Shown: piece by piece, positions 33,211-42,197 of the stretch
Position numbering within the stretch: position 1 is the stretch's first letter
Layout of the letters: each line of letters starts with the position of its first letter
Source: Anaerolineae bacterium
Lineage (GTDB): Bacteria > Chloroflexota > Anaerolineae > UBA1429
Direction of reading: 5' to 3'
DNA length: 64,000 bases
Assembly (NCBI GenBank): GCA_040772225.1
Contig: JAXGYO010000002.1
Location: 1,725,762-1,789,761, forward strand
Position numbers and translations under genes: made by a program
The notes under the pieces: model-generated
Databases searched by the model: none
What the model was told of the DNA's origin: nothing
The model's input: the letters and a program-made list of their open reading frames with translations, nothing else

Positions 33211-34746
33211 TGAGAAAGTTGGGGCAGACGGATAACAGAGCCCCATTAGGGCGCAAATTTACGAGTTATGGGGTTCTGCAGGGGTCGGAACGCTGGTCGA
33301 TAGGCTCCTCCAGGCCTGTTTTTGGCCCTCGTGATGCTCGTGGCGCCCGATAGATCGCTCTTGGCGTGTCCATCCGGTCCATAGGCGCACTACTCCCCTC
33401 TGTTCAGATGCTATTGAGAGTCGGGCCTCGTAACGAGACGCCCGTAAGGCCACGGATCAACTGCTTCAAGTTCAGAGCGATCGCGGTCAGGTACGCCTGC
33501 ACAGCGTAGCGCTCCAGAGAGAGATAACGGCAGTCCCTCAAACCATGATACAGCTTGGCTTCTCCGAACTTGCGCTCGATCTGATAGCGTGTGCCCAGCG
33601 CGGGCCGATACCAGGGTTCCTGTATGAGCTGTTGCCAGACCTGTTTGTTGGCATCCTTCTTCCGAGTGCGCGTGCCAACCAGATGGATCGCGTTTCGGAT
33701 ACCGAGTTGCTGCAGGATGTAGTGGATATGTGTGTCATCGTAGCCCCTGTCGGCAACGCAGGTGTCGACGGCCAGACCCTGCGCCAGGTCAGAGCGAATC
33801 AGATCGCACAGGTAGGCGTTGTCAGGACGATTGCCAGTGGAGATATGCAGACTCGTGATCATCTGGGCGCCCTCGTTAAAACTCGCGTGCAGCTTGTAGC
33901 CATAGAACCACTTCTTCCCCCGCTGCGGCTGGCCGTCCTCCCCATGGCAGGTGTAGGTCCCTTTACATCCCCAGCGGGCATCGGGATCGCGGGGTCCCCG
34001 GCCGTCATCCTTGCGCTGCTTCTCTTGCGCCAGATCCACGTCTGCAATGCTATGCGTGCTGTCCACCAACTGAAGGGGGCCAAATTCGATCTTCGCCTCT
34101 CTGGCAATCGCGATGATCTCATCCAGGAGACGCTCGTAGGCAACCACCTTGCCATTCTCCAGAATCCGATTCTTGAATAGGGTCAAAGTCGAGTGGTCAG
34201 GTGCGTGTGCGTCAATGGCCAAGCCCAGGAAATACTTGGCCGGGAGGAAGTAGTTGCAGAACTCTTCCACCTGGCGCTCCGATAGGTCATAGAGGTAGCT
34301 CAGCAACAGCATCTTTAGCAGGATGGCCGGGTCGATAGGAGGGCGTCCGACCTGACCTTTGCCCCTGTAGAACTTGATCAGACGATATGTGAAGCGCTGC
34401 CAGGGCACCAGATCGCGCAGCAGACGCAAGAAATGGTTCTCGGGGACGATGTTAGCGTACAAATAGTCACCGTAGAATGAGTCTGTCTCGGCTTTCTGCA
34501 GCTTCGGCTGAGCCATGGGGTCCTCCTCCGGCGGGATGCCCACAGTCTACCGGTTGTGCTCATCCTGGCAAGGTCATGCACCAGTTTATCAACACTCTCG
34601 AAAATGCCTGTTGATGCCCGACTAATTCTATAGTATAACACTAGACAATTGCGGATGCGTGGTGCTCCCGGCAGGGACGTCTACCATGGGTCTTTCGCCT
34701 TACCCGAATTGCCCTGGCAACTGCCGGGAGATGCTCACGTTCTATG
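33193..34746 (-). mobile_element. IS5-family insertion sequence (boundaries approximate)
   Basis: Contains a DDE transposase. Imperfect terminal inverted repeats GAGACCGTTGAG..GGCAG (left, about 33203) and CTGCC..CTCACGTTCT (right, about 34743). Flanked by VOC-family gene fragments. Confidence 0.55.
33404..34516 (-). CDS. IS5-family DDE transposase (DUF772 N-terminal + DDE_Tnp_1)
   Basis: N-terminal FLRLLRDLVPW block typical of IS5/IS1182-group transposases; DDE region. GGAGGAGG RBS before the ATG. Confidence 0.85.
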   Translation of the reverse strand: MAQPKLQKAETDSFYGDYLYANIVPENHFLRLLRDLVPWQRFTYRLIKFYRGKGQVGRPPIDPAILLKMLLLSYLYDLSERQVEEFCNYFLPAKYFLGLAIDAHAPDHSTLTLFKNRILENGKVVAYERLLDEIIAIAREAKIEFGPLQLVDSTHSIADVDLAQEKQRKDDGRGPRDPDARWGCKGTYTCHGEDGQPQRGKKWFYGYKLHASFNEGAQMITSLHISTGNRPDNAYLCDLIRSDLAQGLAVDTCVADRGYDDTHIHYILQQLGIRNAIHLVGTRTRKKDANKQVWQQLIQEPWYRPALGTRYQIERKFGEAKLYHGLRDCRYLSLERYAVQAYLTAIALNLKQLIRGLTGVSLRGPTLNSI

Positions 34747-35100
34747 CTTCAGTTTCTGGATCGGCTGAGCGAGATCCTCACTTATGGGAAGATGCCGGGC
34801 GACATGTCCGCCGTCGTGCCCGACGAGATGCGTGAACTGGTCGCCCATGCGGAGCTGAATATCCATGGAACCACGGTGGGCTTCTCGGACCATTTCCCGC
34901 CCAGTGCAGCCGTCACTGGCAACATCGTCGGCGGCTTGTTTCTGACGTATAGCGATGCTGCGGTGCTGCGAAAAGAGTTCGACGCACTGAGCGAGGCAGG
35001 CACGGTGGAGATGCCCCTGGCAGAGACGTTCTGGACCAGCCTGTACGGCGTACTGACGGACCGGTTCGGCGTTCCCTGGCAATTGATGATTGAAGACTAG
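34744..35100 (+). pseudogene. VOC/PhnB-like (COG2764) family protein, C-terminal portion lacking about 20 N-terminal residues
   Basis: YGKMPGD...HAELNIHGTTVGFSD...VEMPLAETFWTSLYGVLTDRFGVPWQL matches PhnB-like VOC proteins. ORF begins exactly at the IS right boundary. Confidence 0.55.
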
Positions 35101-35161
35101 CCTCACCAGGCTTGCGTGACGTCAAGGGACGAAAGACGATAAAGGGCTGCCGCTCGATGAT

Positions 35162-35190
35162 TTGCCTCAAAGGCCCGTCTGTGCTATAAT
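35162..35190 (+). promoter_or_regulatory. Sigma70-like promoter for rpsO
   Basis: -35 TTGCCT, 17-nt spacer, consensus -10 TATAAT (35185-35190). Confidence 0.45.
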
Positions 35191-35231
35191 CCTTGCTGTC
35201 AATCGAAGATTGTGCAGGAAGGACAAGCCAT

Positions 35232-35501
35232 ATGCCGCTAACAAAAGGCGAGAAGGACGCGATCGTAGAGGATTTTCACCGCCACCCTGACGACACAGGA
35301 TCGCCGGAGGTGCAGATCGCGCTGCTCACCAAGCGGATCAACAGGCTGACGGAGCACCTGAGAGAGAATCGGGCTGATGAGCACTCTCGTCGCGGCCTGC
35401 TAAAGCTTGTTGGCCAGCGACGGCGCCACCTGAATTATCTGAGCCGCGAGGATGAGACGAGATATCGTGAAGTGCTCGGCCGGCTCGGGCTCAGGCGCTA
35501 G
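35232..35501 (+). CDS. rpsO: 30S ribosomal protein S15
   Basis: 89 aa; [13 protein letters not shown]...[16 protein letters not shown]. Confidence 0.95.
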   Translation: MPLTKGEKDAIVEDFHRHPDDTGSPEVQIALLTKRINRLTEHLRENRADEHSRRGLLKLVGQRRRHLNYLSREDETRYREVLGRLGLRR

Positions 35502-35535
35502 GTCCGCACAATCCGGGTGCGCTCTGCCAAAAACA

Positions 35536-35578
35536 AGAGAGTAGCTCTCGGCCCCCTGGGTCATGAGCTACTCTTTTT
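35536..35578 (+). terminator. rpsO terminator/attenuator hairpin
   Basis: 10-bp perfect stem AGAGTAGCTC/GAGCTACTCT followed by TTTTTG. Confidence 0.55.
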
Positions 35579-35636
35579 GCTAGGCAGACAATGGTTCGCG
35601 TTTCCACAGGGAGATCCAAGCAAGATTGCGCAGGAA

Positions 35637-35672
35637 TTGGGGAGTGTGCCTCAAGTGGACGGGACTCACTCC
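35637..35672 (+). promoter_or_regulatory. pnp leader stem-loop (candidate RNase III/autoregulatory site)
   Basis: 8-bp perfect stem GGGGAGTG/CACTCCCC with an 18-20 nt loop, about 60 nt upstream of the pnp start. Confidence 0.4.
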
Positions 35673-35731
35673 CCAGTCCCTGGTCAGTCTGCTCCGGACT
35701 CCCGCGAGTCTATGAGTGAGTAGGAGCAGAA

Positions 35732-37915
35732 ATGGAAAGAGAGTTTACAACGAGTTTCGGGCGAGAGCCCATCACCATCCGTACGGGCAAGCTGGCGCCG
35801 CAGGCTGGCGCCGCCGTGCTGATGCAATGGGGTGACACCGTCATCCTGGTGACAGCGACAGCCTCCAAGGAGCCCAGGCAGGGAATCGATTTCTTCCCCC
35901 TGACGGTTGACCTGGAGGAGCGTCGCTATGCCGCTGGCCGGATCCCCGGGGGCTTTTTCAAGCGCGAGGGCCGTCCTTCGACGGAAGCCATCCTCACAGT
36001 GCGCAAGGTCGACCGTCCGCTGCGCCCCCTGTTCCCAGAGGGCTATCGCAATGACGTACAGATCGTCATCACGCCGCTTTCCGCCGATGAAGAACACGCC
36101 ATCGACATCCTGTCGATCGTGGGCGCCTCAACGGCACTGATGATCTCGGATATCCCCTTTGAGACGCCAGTCGGCGCCACACGGGTCGGGTATATCGACG
36201 GCGAGTTCGTCATTAACCCGCTGAACAGCGAGATGGAGAGAAGCGAGCTGGACATGGCTCTGGCCGGCACCGAAGACCACATCAACATGATCGAAGTGGG
36301 TGCCAAGGAGCTTCCTGAGGACCTGATGTTGCAGGCGATCCAGCTGGGCCACGAGAACATGCAGAACCTGATCGCACTGCAAAAAGAGATGCGCGCGGCG
36401 ATCGGCAAGGAGAAGAAGGAAGGCCTGCGCTTTACGCTTCCCGCCGAGGTGCTGGATTACGTGCGGGCCAACGCAAGTGCCAGGATCGAAGACCTGGTAA
36501 AGAGCGCTGCTCCGCGCGATGAGCGCCGCGACGCCGAGCAGGCACTGCGTGACGAACTGATCGAGAACGCCGGTACCGAAATGCCCGCTTCAGAGATCAG
36601 TGAGGCGTTTGAGCTCCTGTCCAAACAGGCGATGCGCAAGCACATTATCGACTCGGGTATCCGGATCGATGGGCGCGGCCTGGACGATATCCGCGCCCTC
36701 AGTGCGGAGGTGAGCCTTTTGCCCCGCGTACACGGCTCGGCCCTCTTTAACCGTGGCGAGACGCAGGTGCTCAACATCGTGACTCTGGGCTCGGCCGACG
36801 ACGAACAGCGCATCGAGTGGCTGTCCGAGGACGGCACCCGGCGCTATATGCACCACTACAACTTCCCGCCCTACTCGACAGGCGAGACCGGGCCCATGCG
36901 TGGACCCCGCCGTCGAGAGATCGGCCACGGTGCCCTGGCGGAGCGAGCCATCGAGGCCGTGCTGCCTTCGCCAGAAGAGTTCCCGTACACGATTCGCTCG
37001 GTTTCCGAAGCGATCTCGTCTAACGGGTCCACTTCCATGGCCAGCACCTGCGCAAGCAGCCTGGCGCTCTATGATGCCGGTGTGCCTTTGCGCGCTGCGG
37101 TAGGCGGCATCGCTATAGGCCTGATCACGTCCGACGATCGCTATGCTCTTTTGACGGACATCCAGGGTCTCGAGGACCATCTGGGTGACATGGACTTTAA
37201 GGTGACTGGCACAACCAAGGGCATCACAGCTATCCAGCTGGACATCAAGATCGCCGGCCTGCCGCACCAGATCATTGCAGAGGCCCTGCACAAGGCTTAC
37301 GTGGCCAGGATGAAGGTGCTGGATGTGATGAACTCCGTGCTGTCCGCACCGCGGACGGACATGTCTCCGTATGCGCCGCGCATCACCACGGTGACGATCC
37401 CGGTCTCCAAGATCGGTGCACTCATCGGGCCAGGCGGCAAGAATATCCGCGGGATCATTGACGATACGGGCGTCAGCATCAATGTTGACGATGATGGCGT
37501 GGTTACGGTAGCCTCCAACAATGGGGAGGCCATGGCCGAGGCGCTGTCCCGGATCCAGGCAATTACCGCAGAGCCGGAAGTAGGCCGCATCTACACCGGC
37601 AAGGTCGTCCGCACCACAGACTTTGGTGCTTTTGTCGAGTTCATGCCCGGGCATGATGGCCTGGTGCACATCTCCCAGCTGGCTGATTTTCACGTCGCCA
37701 ATGTCGAGGATGTCGCACAGGTGGGCGACGAGATCACCGTCATGGTGACAGACATCGACTCCAACGGCCGGGTGAGACTGTCTCGCCAGGCAGTTCTAGA
37801 AGGATGGACGGCCGAGGAGGCCCGAGACCGCGATCGCAAGCCCAGTGGCGGCGGCGGCCGAAGCCGCGATGGCGGACGCAGTCGTGACGGCGGCTCCCGC
37901 GGTCGCTCGCGCTAA
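35732..37915 (+). CDS. pnp: Polyribonucleotide nucleotidyltransferase (PNPase) with Arg/Gly/Ser/Asp-rich C-terminal tail
   Basis: 727 aa; RNase PH, KH and S1 blocks. Tail GGGGRSRDGGRSRDGGSRGRSR. Confidence 0.95.
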   Translation: MEREFTTSFGREPITIRTGKLAPQAGAAVLMQWGDTVILVTATASKEPRQGIDFFPLTVDLEERRYAAGRIPGGFFKREGRPSTEAILTVRKVDRPLRPLFPEGYRNDVQIVITPLSADEEHAIDILSIVGASTALMISDIPFETPVGATRVGYIDGEFVINPLNSEMERSELDMALAGTEDHINMIEVGAKELPEDLMLQAIQLGHENMQNLIALQKEMRAAIGKEKKEGLRFTLPAEVLDYVRANASARIEDLVKSAAPRDERRDAEQALRDELIENAGTEMPASEISEAFELLSKQAMRKHIIDSGIRIDGRGLDDIRALSAEVSLLPRVHGSALFNRGETQVLNIVTLGSADDEQRIEWLSEDGTRRYMHHYNFPPYSTGETGPMRGPRRREIGHGALAERAIEAVLPSPEEFPYTIRSVSEAISSNGSTSMASTCASSLALYDAGVPLRAAVGGIAIGLITSDDRYALLTDIQGLEDHLGDMDFKVTGTTKGITAIQLDIKIAGLPHQIIAEALHKAYVARMKVLDVMNSVLSAPRTDMSPYAPRITTVTIPVSKIGALIGPGGKNIRGIIDDTGVSINVDDDGVVTVASNNGEAMAEALSRIQAITAEPEVGRIYTGKVVRTTDFGAFVEFMPGHDGLVHISQLADFHVANVEDVAQVGDEITVMVTDIDSNGRVRLSRQAVLEGWTAEEARDRDRKPSGGGGRSRDGGRSRDGGSRGRSR

Positions 37916-37920
37916 AACCC

Positions 37921-37950
37921 CGTGGCGGGGGAGTGCAGACTCCCCCGCCA
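37921..37950 (+). terminator. Hairpin after pnp
   Basis: 11-bp perfect stem GTGGCGGGGGA/TCCCCCGCCAC. No U-tract, so possibly a processing or stability element. Confidence 0.35.
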
Positions 37951-37966
37951 CCATCAGGTGTTCAAG

Positions 37967-38518
37967 ATGACAAAAGATACATTGGATACGCAGAACCCCG
38001 GGCAATCTCCCACAAAGTCATGGTTTCGCGAGATGCTCGAGTCGGTCCTCCCGGCTCTGGTCATTGTCATCGTCGTCAACCTTTTTATTGCGCAGGCGAC
38101 ACGCGTCGAGGGCCAGAGTATGGAGCCCAATCTGCACAATAACGAGCGATTGATCATCGAAAAGATCAGTTACCGTTTCAGGGAACCGGCGCGGGGCGAC
38201 ATCGTGGTCCTCAAGCCACAGCAGCACGGGACCGTTCCTCTGATCAAGCGCGTGGTTGGTCTGCCGGGCGAGACTGTCGAGATTACACAGAATCAGGTGT
38301 ATATCAACGGTGAGCCTCTGCAGGAGGACTATTTGACCGAGCCCACCGTTGGAGGCATGCCCGCACAGATCGTTCCGGAGGCACATCTGCTGGTGCTCGG
38401 CGATAATCGCAATGCCAGCAACGATTCCCGGTCCTTTGGGATGATTCCGTACGAAGACGTGATCGGGCGGGCCTGGTTCCGCTATTGGCCTATCGAAGAA
38501 CTCGGTCTGATTCGTTAG
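37967..38518 (+). CDS. lepB: Signal peptidase I
   Basis: GQSMEPNL (Ser nucleophile box), KRVVGLPGE (Lys box), GDNRNASNDSR. Confidence 0.85.
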   Translation: MTKDTLDTQNPGQSPTKSWFREMLESVLPALVIVIVVNLFIAQATRVEGQSMEPNLHNNERLIIEKISYRFREPARGDIVVLKPQQHGTVPLIKRVVGLPGETVEITQNQVYINGEPLQEDYLTEPTVGGMPAQIVPEAHLLVLGDNRNASNDSRSFGMIPYEDVIGRAWFRYWPIEELGLIR

Positions 38519-38585
38519 CCTGACTCTGGCATAGGCCTGTTCGCACGAGTCGTGAGAAACAAGCGATCGCACAAAGGAGCACGTC

Positions 38586-38933
38586 ATGGCCTACGAAAAG
38601 ACCTGCTACCTCCAGCACACTGCCGTCTGGGTCAAGGACATCCAGTGGCACATTGCTTTCTTCAAGGCGATTGGCATGCCGGTGACCCGCGTCGCAGGCG
38701 ATCCGGATGCCCCCGACCAGGTCTGGACCGCCGGCGGTATGCAGCTCAAATCGGCAGAGGACTTTGAAGGGCCCGAAGGGCGCTTGGACCACCTGGGCAT
38801 CTTTGCCGATGATCTGGAGGCCGCCCTTGATGAAGCCTACAAGTGGGGCGTCGAGGAGATGCCCCAGGGGCATAACTGGTTCCGCCTGCCGGACGGGCTC
38901 GTGATCGAGATGATGCAGGCACCCAAGAGCTGA
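38586..38933 (+). CDS. VOC (glyoxalase/bleomycin-resistance/dioxygenase) family protein
   Basis: 115 aa with beta-alpha-beta VOC-like pattern. AAAGGAG RBS. Confidence 0.65.
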   Translation: MAYEKTCYLQHTAVWVKDIQWHIAFFKAIGMPVTRVAGDPDAPDQVWTAGGMQLKSAEDFEGPEGRLDHLGIFADDLEAALDEAYKWGVEEMPQGHNWFRLPDGLVIEMMQAPKS

Positions 38934-38966
38934 GCCTGCCCCTTATCCTGTGTGAGGACGCACGCA

Positions 38967-38999
38967 GGGCGACTCCGAGAAGAGTCGCCTTGCGTTTGT
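38967..38999. terminator. Hairpin terminator between convergent genes
   Basis: GGCGACTC-CGAGAA-GAGTCGCC followed by TTGCGTTTGTT. Confidence 0.45.
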
Positions 39000-39000
39000 T

Positions 39001-39933
39001 CTATGGGCACGCGCCGGACGCCAGCCTGCGTTGCTGTTCGATAAACCAGAGCTCCCCGCTCGCATCCAGTTGCGGAACCGGGACCGCGGCGCTCTCAAGC
39101 CCCTGCCACCAGTCCTTGCGGGAGCGGGGATCCATAAAGGACCCGTTGTCGCGTACAGCCACGCCGATCTCGCCGTCGATAGCGCGACCGATGGCCTGCC
39201 CAAAGCGCAAACCGGGGAGATACGTGCGGCCCGTGGCAGCCAGGGCATCATACAGCGCCAGGAGCCGCGGCTCGACGCAGATACCCTCGATGTGAATCGT
39301 ATAGCCGGTGATCACATGGTCATCGCGGGTGTACTTGAGGGTGATGCGATCCGGTGCGGCATAGAGCACCATCGCTACATAGTGTTTTCCCGTAATTGTA
39401 TCGTGAAAGATCTCTGCCGCCCGTGTCGGGACATGAATCTTTTCGCCCGCAGTACTCTCCAGGCCAACCAGCGTCACATCGGGGCTGAGGATCGGATAGA
39501 CGCCGTAGGTGCCGGGCCACTGGCCATCCCACTGATAGACCCGGTAGACATGAGGCATCACCGGCCAGCGCGCGTCGCCAAAGAGCGTCTGCAGGCGCGG
39601 CGCCAGCGGATCATAGCCCCCGCTATAGTCCACGAGGCCGCGATAAGCGGATAGATTCTCAGAATAGCTCCGGAGCTCGAGATTCAGGTCGGGGTGATCT
39701 TTCGCAGAGACACCAGGGTCGGGGGAGAGGCCATCCACCGGGATGGCATCGTACGACTCTTCCGGTATCGGCTGGCAACTGGCGGCTTGCTGATGCAGCA
39801 CGATGGGCAAAAAGATCTGCAAGCCAGGCTCGGCACTCGCCGACGCGACCGGCATCGCCGCTGCCAAAAGGTACATTCCAAGAGCGCACGAGATCGTAGC
39901 GGCCGCTCCAAGACCAGGCCATCGAAAAGCCAT
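39001..39933 (-). CDS. Secreted hypothetical protein
   Basis: Start trimmed to MAFRWPGLGAAATISCALGMYLLAAAMPVASASA (signal peptide) after a GGGGAG RBS. No recognised domain. Confidence 0.55.
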   Translation of the reverse strand: MAFRWPGLGAAATISCALGMYLLAAAMPVASASAEPGLQIFLPIVLHQQAASCQPIPEESYDAIPVDGLSPDPGVSAKDHPDLNLELRSYSENLSAYRGLVDYSGGYDPLAPRLQTLFGDARWPVMPHVYRVYQWDGQWPGTYGVYPILSPDVTLVGLESTAGEKIHVPTRAAEIFHDTITGKHYVAMVLYAAPDRITLKYTRDDHVITGYTIHIEGICVEPRLLALYDALAATGRTYLPGLRFGQAIGRAIDGEIGVAVRDNGSFMDPRSRKDWWQGLESAAVPVPQLDASGELWFIEQQRRLASGACP

Positions 39934-40052
39934 ACAAGTGCTCCCCTGGCAGACTCCTAAACGGGCAAGTCGACATCCCTTGCACTGCCGCGCCGAAGCC
40001 GCGCGCTCTCTACTCGAGCGAATTCCCCCGGCGCCGGCGCCTGGCCCTGTTG

Positions 40053-41237
40053 CTAGAGGGAACGGTCCGCGCTCAGGCGGCGCGTCCCCACCAACCCCAG
40101 CAAGAGGCAGAACACGGCTGTCATGATGAACATAGGCGGCAGACCCCACATGTCCGCAAGCACCCCGCTGAGAGCCGGCCCGGCAAACATGCCGATCGCA
40201 TAGACAGCCTGGTGAAAGCCCATGGCCGTGCCGCGCTGAGCCTCCTCCACATTGCGGATCGACATGCCCATAAGCACCGGATACCCGATCCCGTTGGAGA
40301 TGCCGATGAGGAACTGGAGCAGAAACACCGCTACGAGCGACTGCGCAAAGGCTGCCGCGGTGGTGCCGATCGCCAGCAAGACAAAGCTGAGATACACCAT
40401 GTTCCGTGCCCCAATCTTGCGCACTACCGTCGTCGCGATCAGGTTGCCCAGGGTGACTACAGCGATGTTAAAGCTGAGCAGAACGCTCAGTGTCACATCG
40501 GTGGCTCCCAGCTTTTCCGCCACAAGAGGCACGAAGGAGAAGGTGGTCGCCCAGTTGGCGTACTGGTGCACCATGCTCAGCAGCGAGGGCAAAAGCACAT
40601 CAGAGCGGCTCAGCAGCCGTGCGAGATTGCTCAGCGACGGCGCCTTGGGCGGCTGGGCCTGCTCACGCGCGGGCAGTATGGCCACAATCGCGAGCACTGC
40701 CGCTCCAGCAGCCAGGTAAAAGGCCAGCGAGTAGCCCATCCAGTTATTCAACGAGCCCGTGACCGCCGTGGCCAGTATGCGCCCCACCCCGCCGATAAAG
40801 GTCAGCAACGCGCTGGCCCGCACGGCGTCCTCAGGCGGAAAGAGGCTGGAGAACATGACGACCAGTGGGACCCAGGTGCCAGCCGCAAGCCCGGTGATCG
40901 CCCTGGCGGTGACCAGGCCGCTCGTGCCTTCCGCTCCGGCAAGCATCCAGGCACCCAGGCCGCCCAGTGCCAGACCGACGAGCACAAATGGCTTGCGCCG
41001 GCCCATCCAGTCCGCAAAGATCCCCAGAGGGAACCGGATAATCGCCTGCCAGAGACCGTACATGGAGAGGACAATACCCACCGAGGCAAGATTGTCGACC
41101 TTGCCCTCAACATACGTCGGAAGCGTGGGGGCATAGAGGTACAGCGATATCCAGTACATGAAGACAGCCACACACAGCAGGATAGTCATCATGCGGCGGC
41201 TGCTTGACGCTGTGTTTCGTGCGGATGGATCGCCCAT
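40053..41237 (-). CDS. MFS transporter
   Basis: 12-TM pattern and MFS signature (GIFADWMGRRKP). Confidence 0.85.
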   Translation of the reverse strand: MGDPSARNTASSSRRMMTILLCVAVFMYWISLYLYAPTLPTYVEGKVDNLASVGIVLSMYGLWQAIIRFPLGIFADWMGRRKPFVLVGLALGGLGAWMLAGAEGTSGLVTARAITGLAAGTWVPLVVMFSSLFPPEDAVRASALLTFIGGVGRILATAVTGSLNNWMGYSLAFYLAAGAAVLAIVAILPAREQAQPPKAPSLSNLARLLSRSDVLLPSLLSMVHQYANWATTFSFVPLVAEKLGATDVTLSVLLSFNIAVVTLGNLIATTVVRKIGARNMVYLSFVLLAIGTTAAAFAQSLVAVFLLQFLIGISNGIGYPVLMGMSIRNVEEAQRGTAMGFHQAVYAIGMFAGPALSGVLADMWGLPPMFIMTAVFCLLLGLVGTRRLSADRSL

Positions 41238-41284
41238 GGGTCTCCTTGCCTGGAAATGGAATTCGCGCAGGCGTACGCTCCAGT

Positions 41285-42049
41285 TCAGCGCACCAGCCAG
41301 CCCCCGTCAATGGGAAGCACAATGCCATGGCAGTATGCCGATGCCGCTGAAGCGAGAAAGACCGTAGCGCCTTGGAGGTCTTCGGGAGTGCCCCAGCGGC
41401 CCGCGGGGATGCGTGCAGTGATTGCAGGTTCCCGCTCAGAATCGGCCGCCAGTGGCGCCGTTAGGTCAGTGAGCATATACCCCGGGGCAATAGCATTGAC
41501 GTTGACTCCCTGCGAGGCCAGCTCATTGGCCATCGCACGGGTGACCCCGGCGACGGCATGCTTGGAGGCTGCATATGGGACCGCCAGGATGCCGCCCTGA
41601 AAGGACAGTGCCGACGCGACGTTGATGATCTTGCCACCCCCGTGTGCCACCATGTGCCTGGCTGCCGCCTGGGATAGGAACATGAGGCTGTTGAGGTTCA
41701 CGTTCAAGACCTGCTCCCAGTCCTCCGGGGGAAATTCGAGAACGGGATGCCGGATGGTGGTACCTGCCGCGTTGACCAGGATGTCGAGGCCGCCAAAGGT
41801 TGCGACCGTAGCCTTGACCAGGCCCTCGAGATCAGCCGGGCTGGCCGCGCTGAGATCGCAAGGCAAGTGCATAAAGCGACGCCCCAGAGCCGACACAGCA
41901 GAGCCTGTAACATCGCACGCGCCGCGAGATATCCCGACGATATCCGCGCCGGCCTCCGCCAGGCCGAGAGCCATACCCTGTCCAAGGCCGCGGCTGGCCC
42001 CTGTGACCAACGCGACCCGACCGGCCAGATCGAACGATGTCAGTATCAT
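41285..42049 (-). CDS. SDR-family oxidoreductase (short-chain dehydrogenase/reductase)
   Basis: TGASRGLG cofactor motif; YxxxK active site (YAASKHAV). Confidence 0.85.
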   Translation of the reverse strand: MILTSFDLAGRVALVTGASRGLGQGMALGLAEAGADIVGISRGACDVTGSAVSALGRRFMHLPCDLSAASPADLEGLVKATVATFGGLDILVNAAGTTIRHPVLEFPPEDWEQVLNVNLNSLMFLSQAAARHMVAHGGGKIINVASALSFQGGILAVPYAASKHAVAGVTRAMANELASQGVNVNAIAPGYMLTDLTAPLAADSEREPAITARIPAGRWGTPEDLQGATVFLASAASAYCHGIVLPIDGGWLVR

Positions 42050-42197
42050 CAAATCCTCTCTTGCGCGGCACACAGATCATGGTACAGCATGGACACAAAG
42101 ACGAACCTGTGCAGGTCGGCGCGGTGTGCCGGCCCACTTCAGGTTCGGGAATCGCTACAGGCAGCCGATCATCGGATCGCACTGGCGCCGTCTGGTG

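Noticed and set aside
33411-33426. Initial guess that AGTCGGGC-containing sequence formed the IS terminal inverted repeat
   Set aside because: That sequence lies inside the transposase coding region (encodes ...GPTLNSI*). Better imperfect inverted repeats are found about 200 bp further out, adjacent to the VOC fragments.
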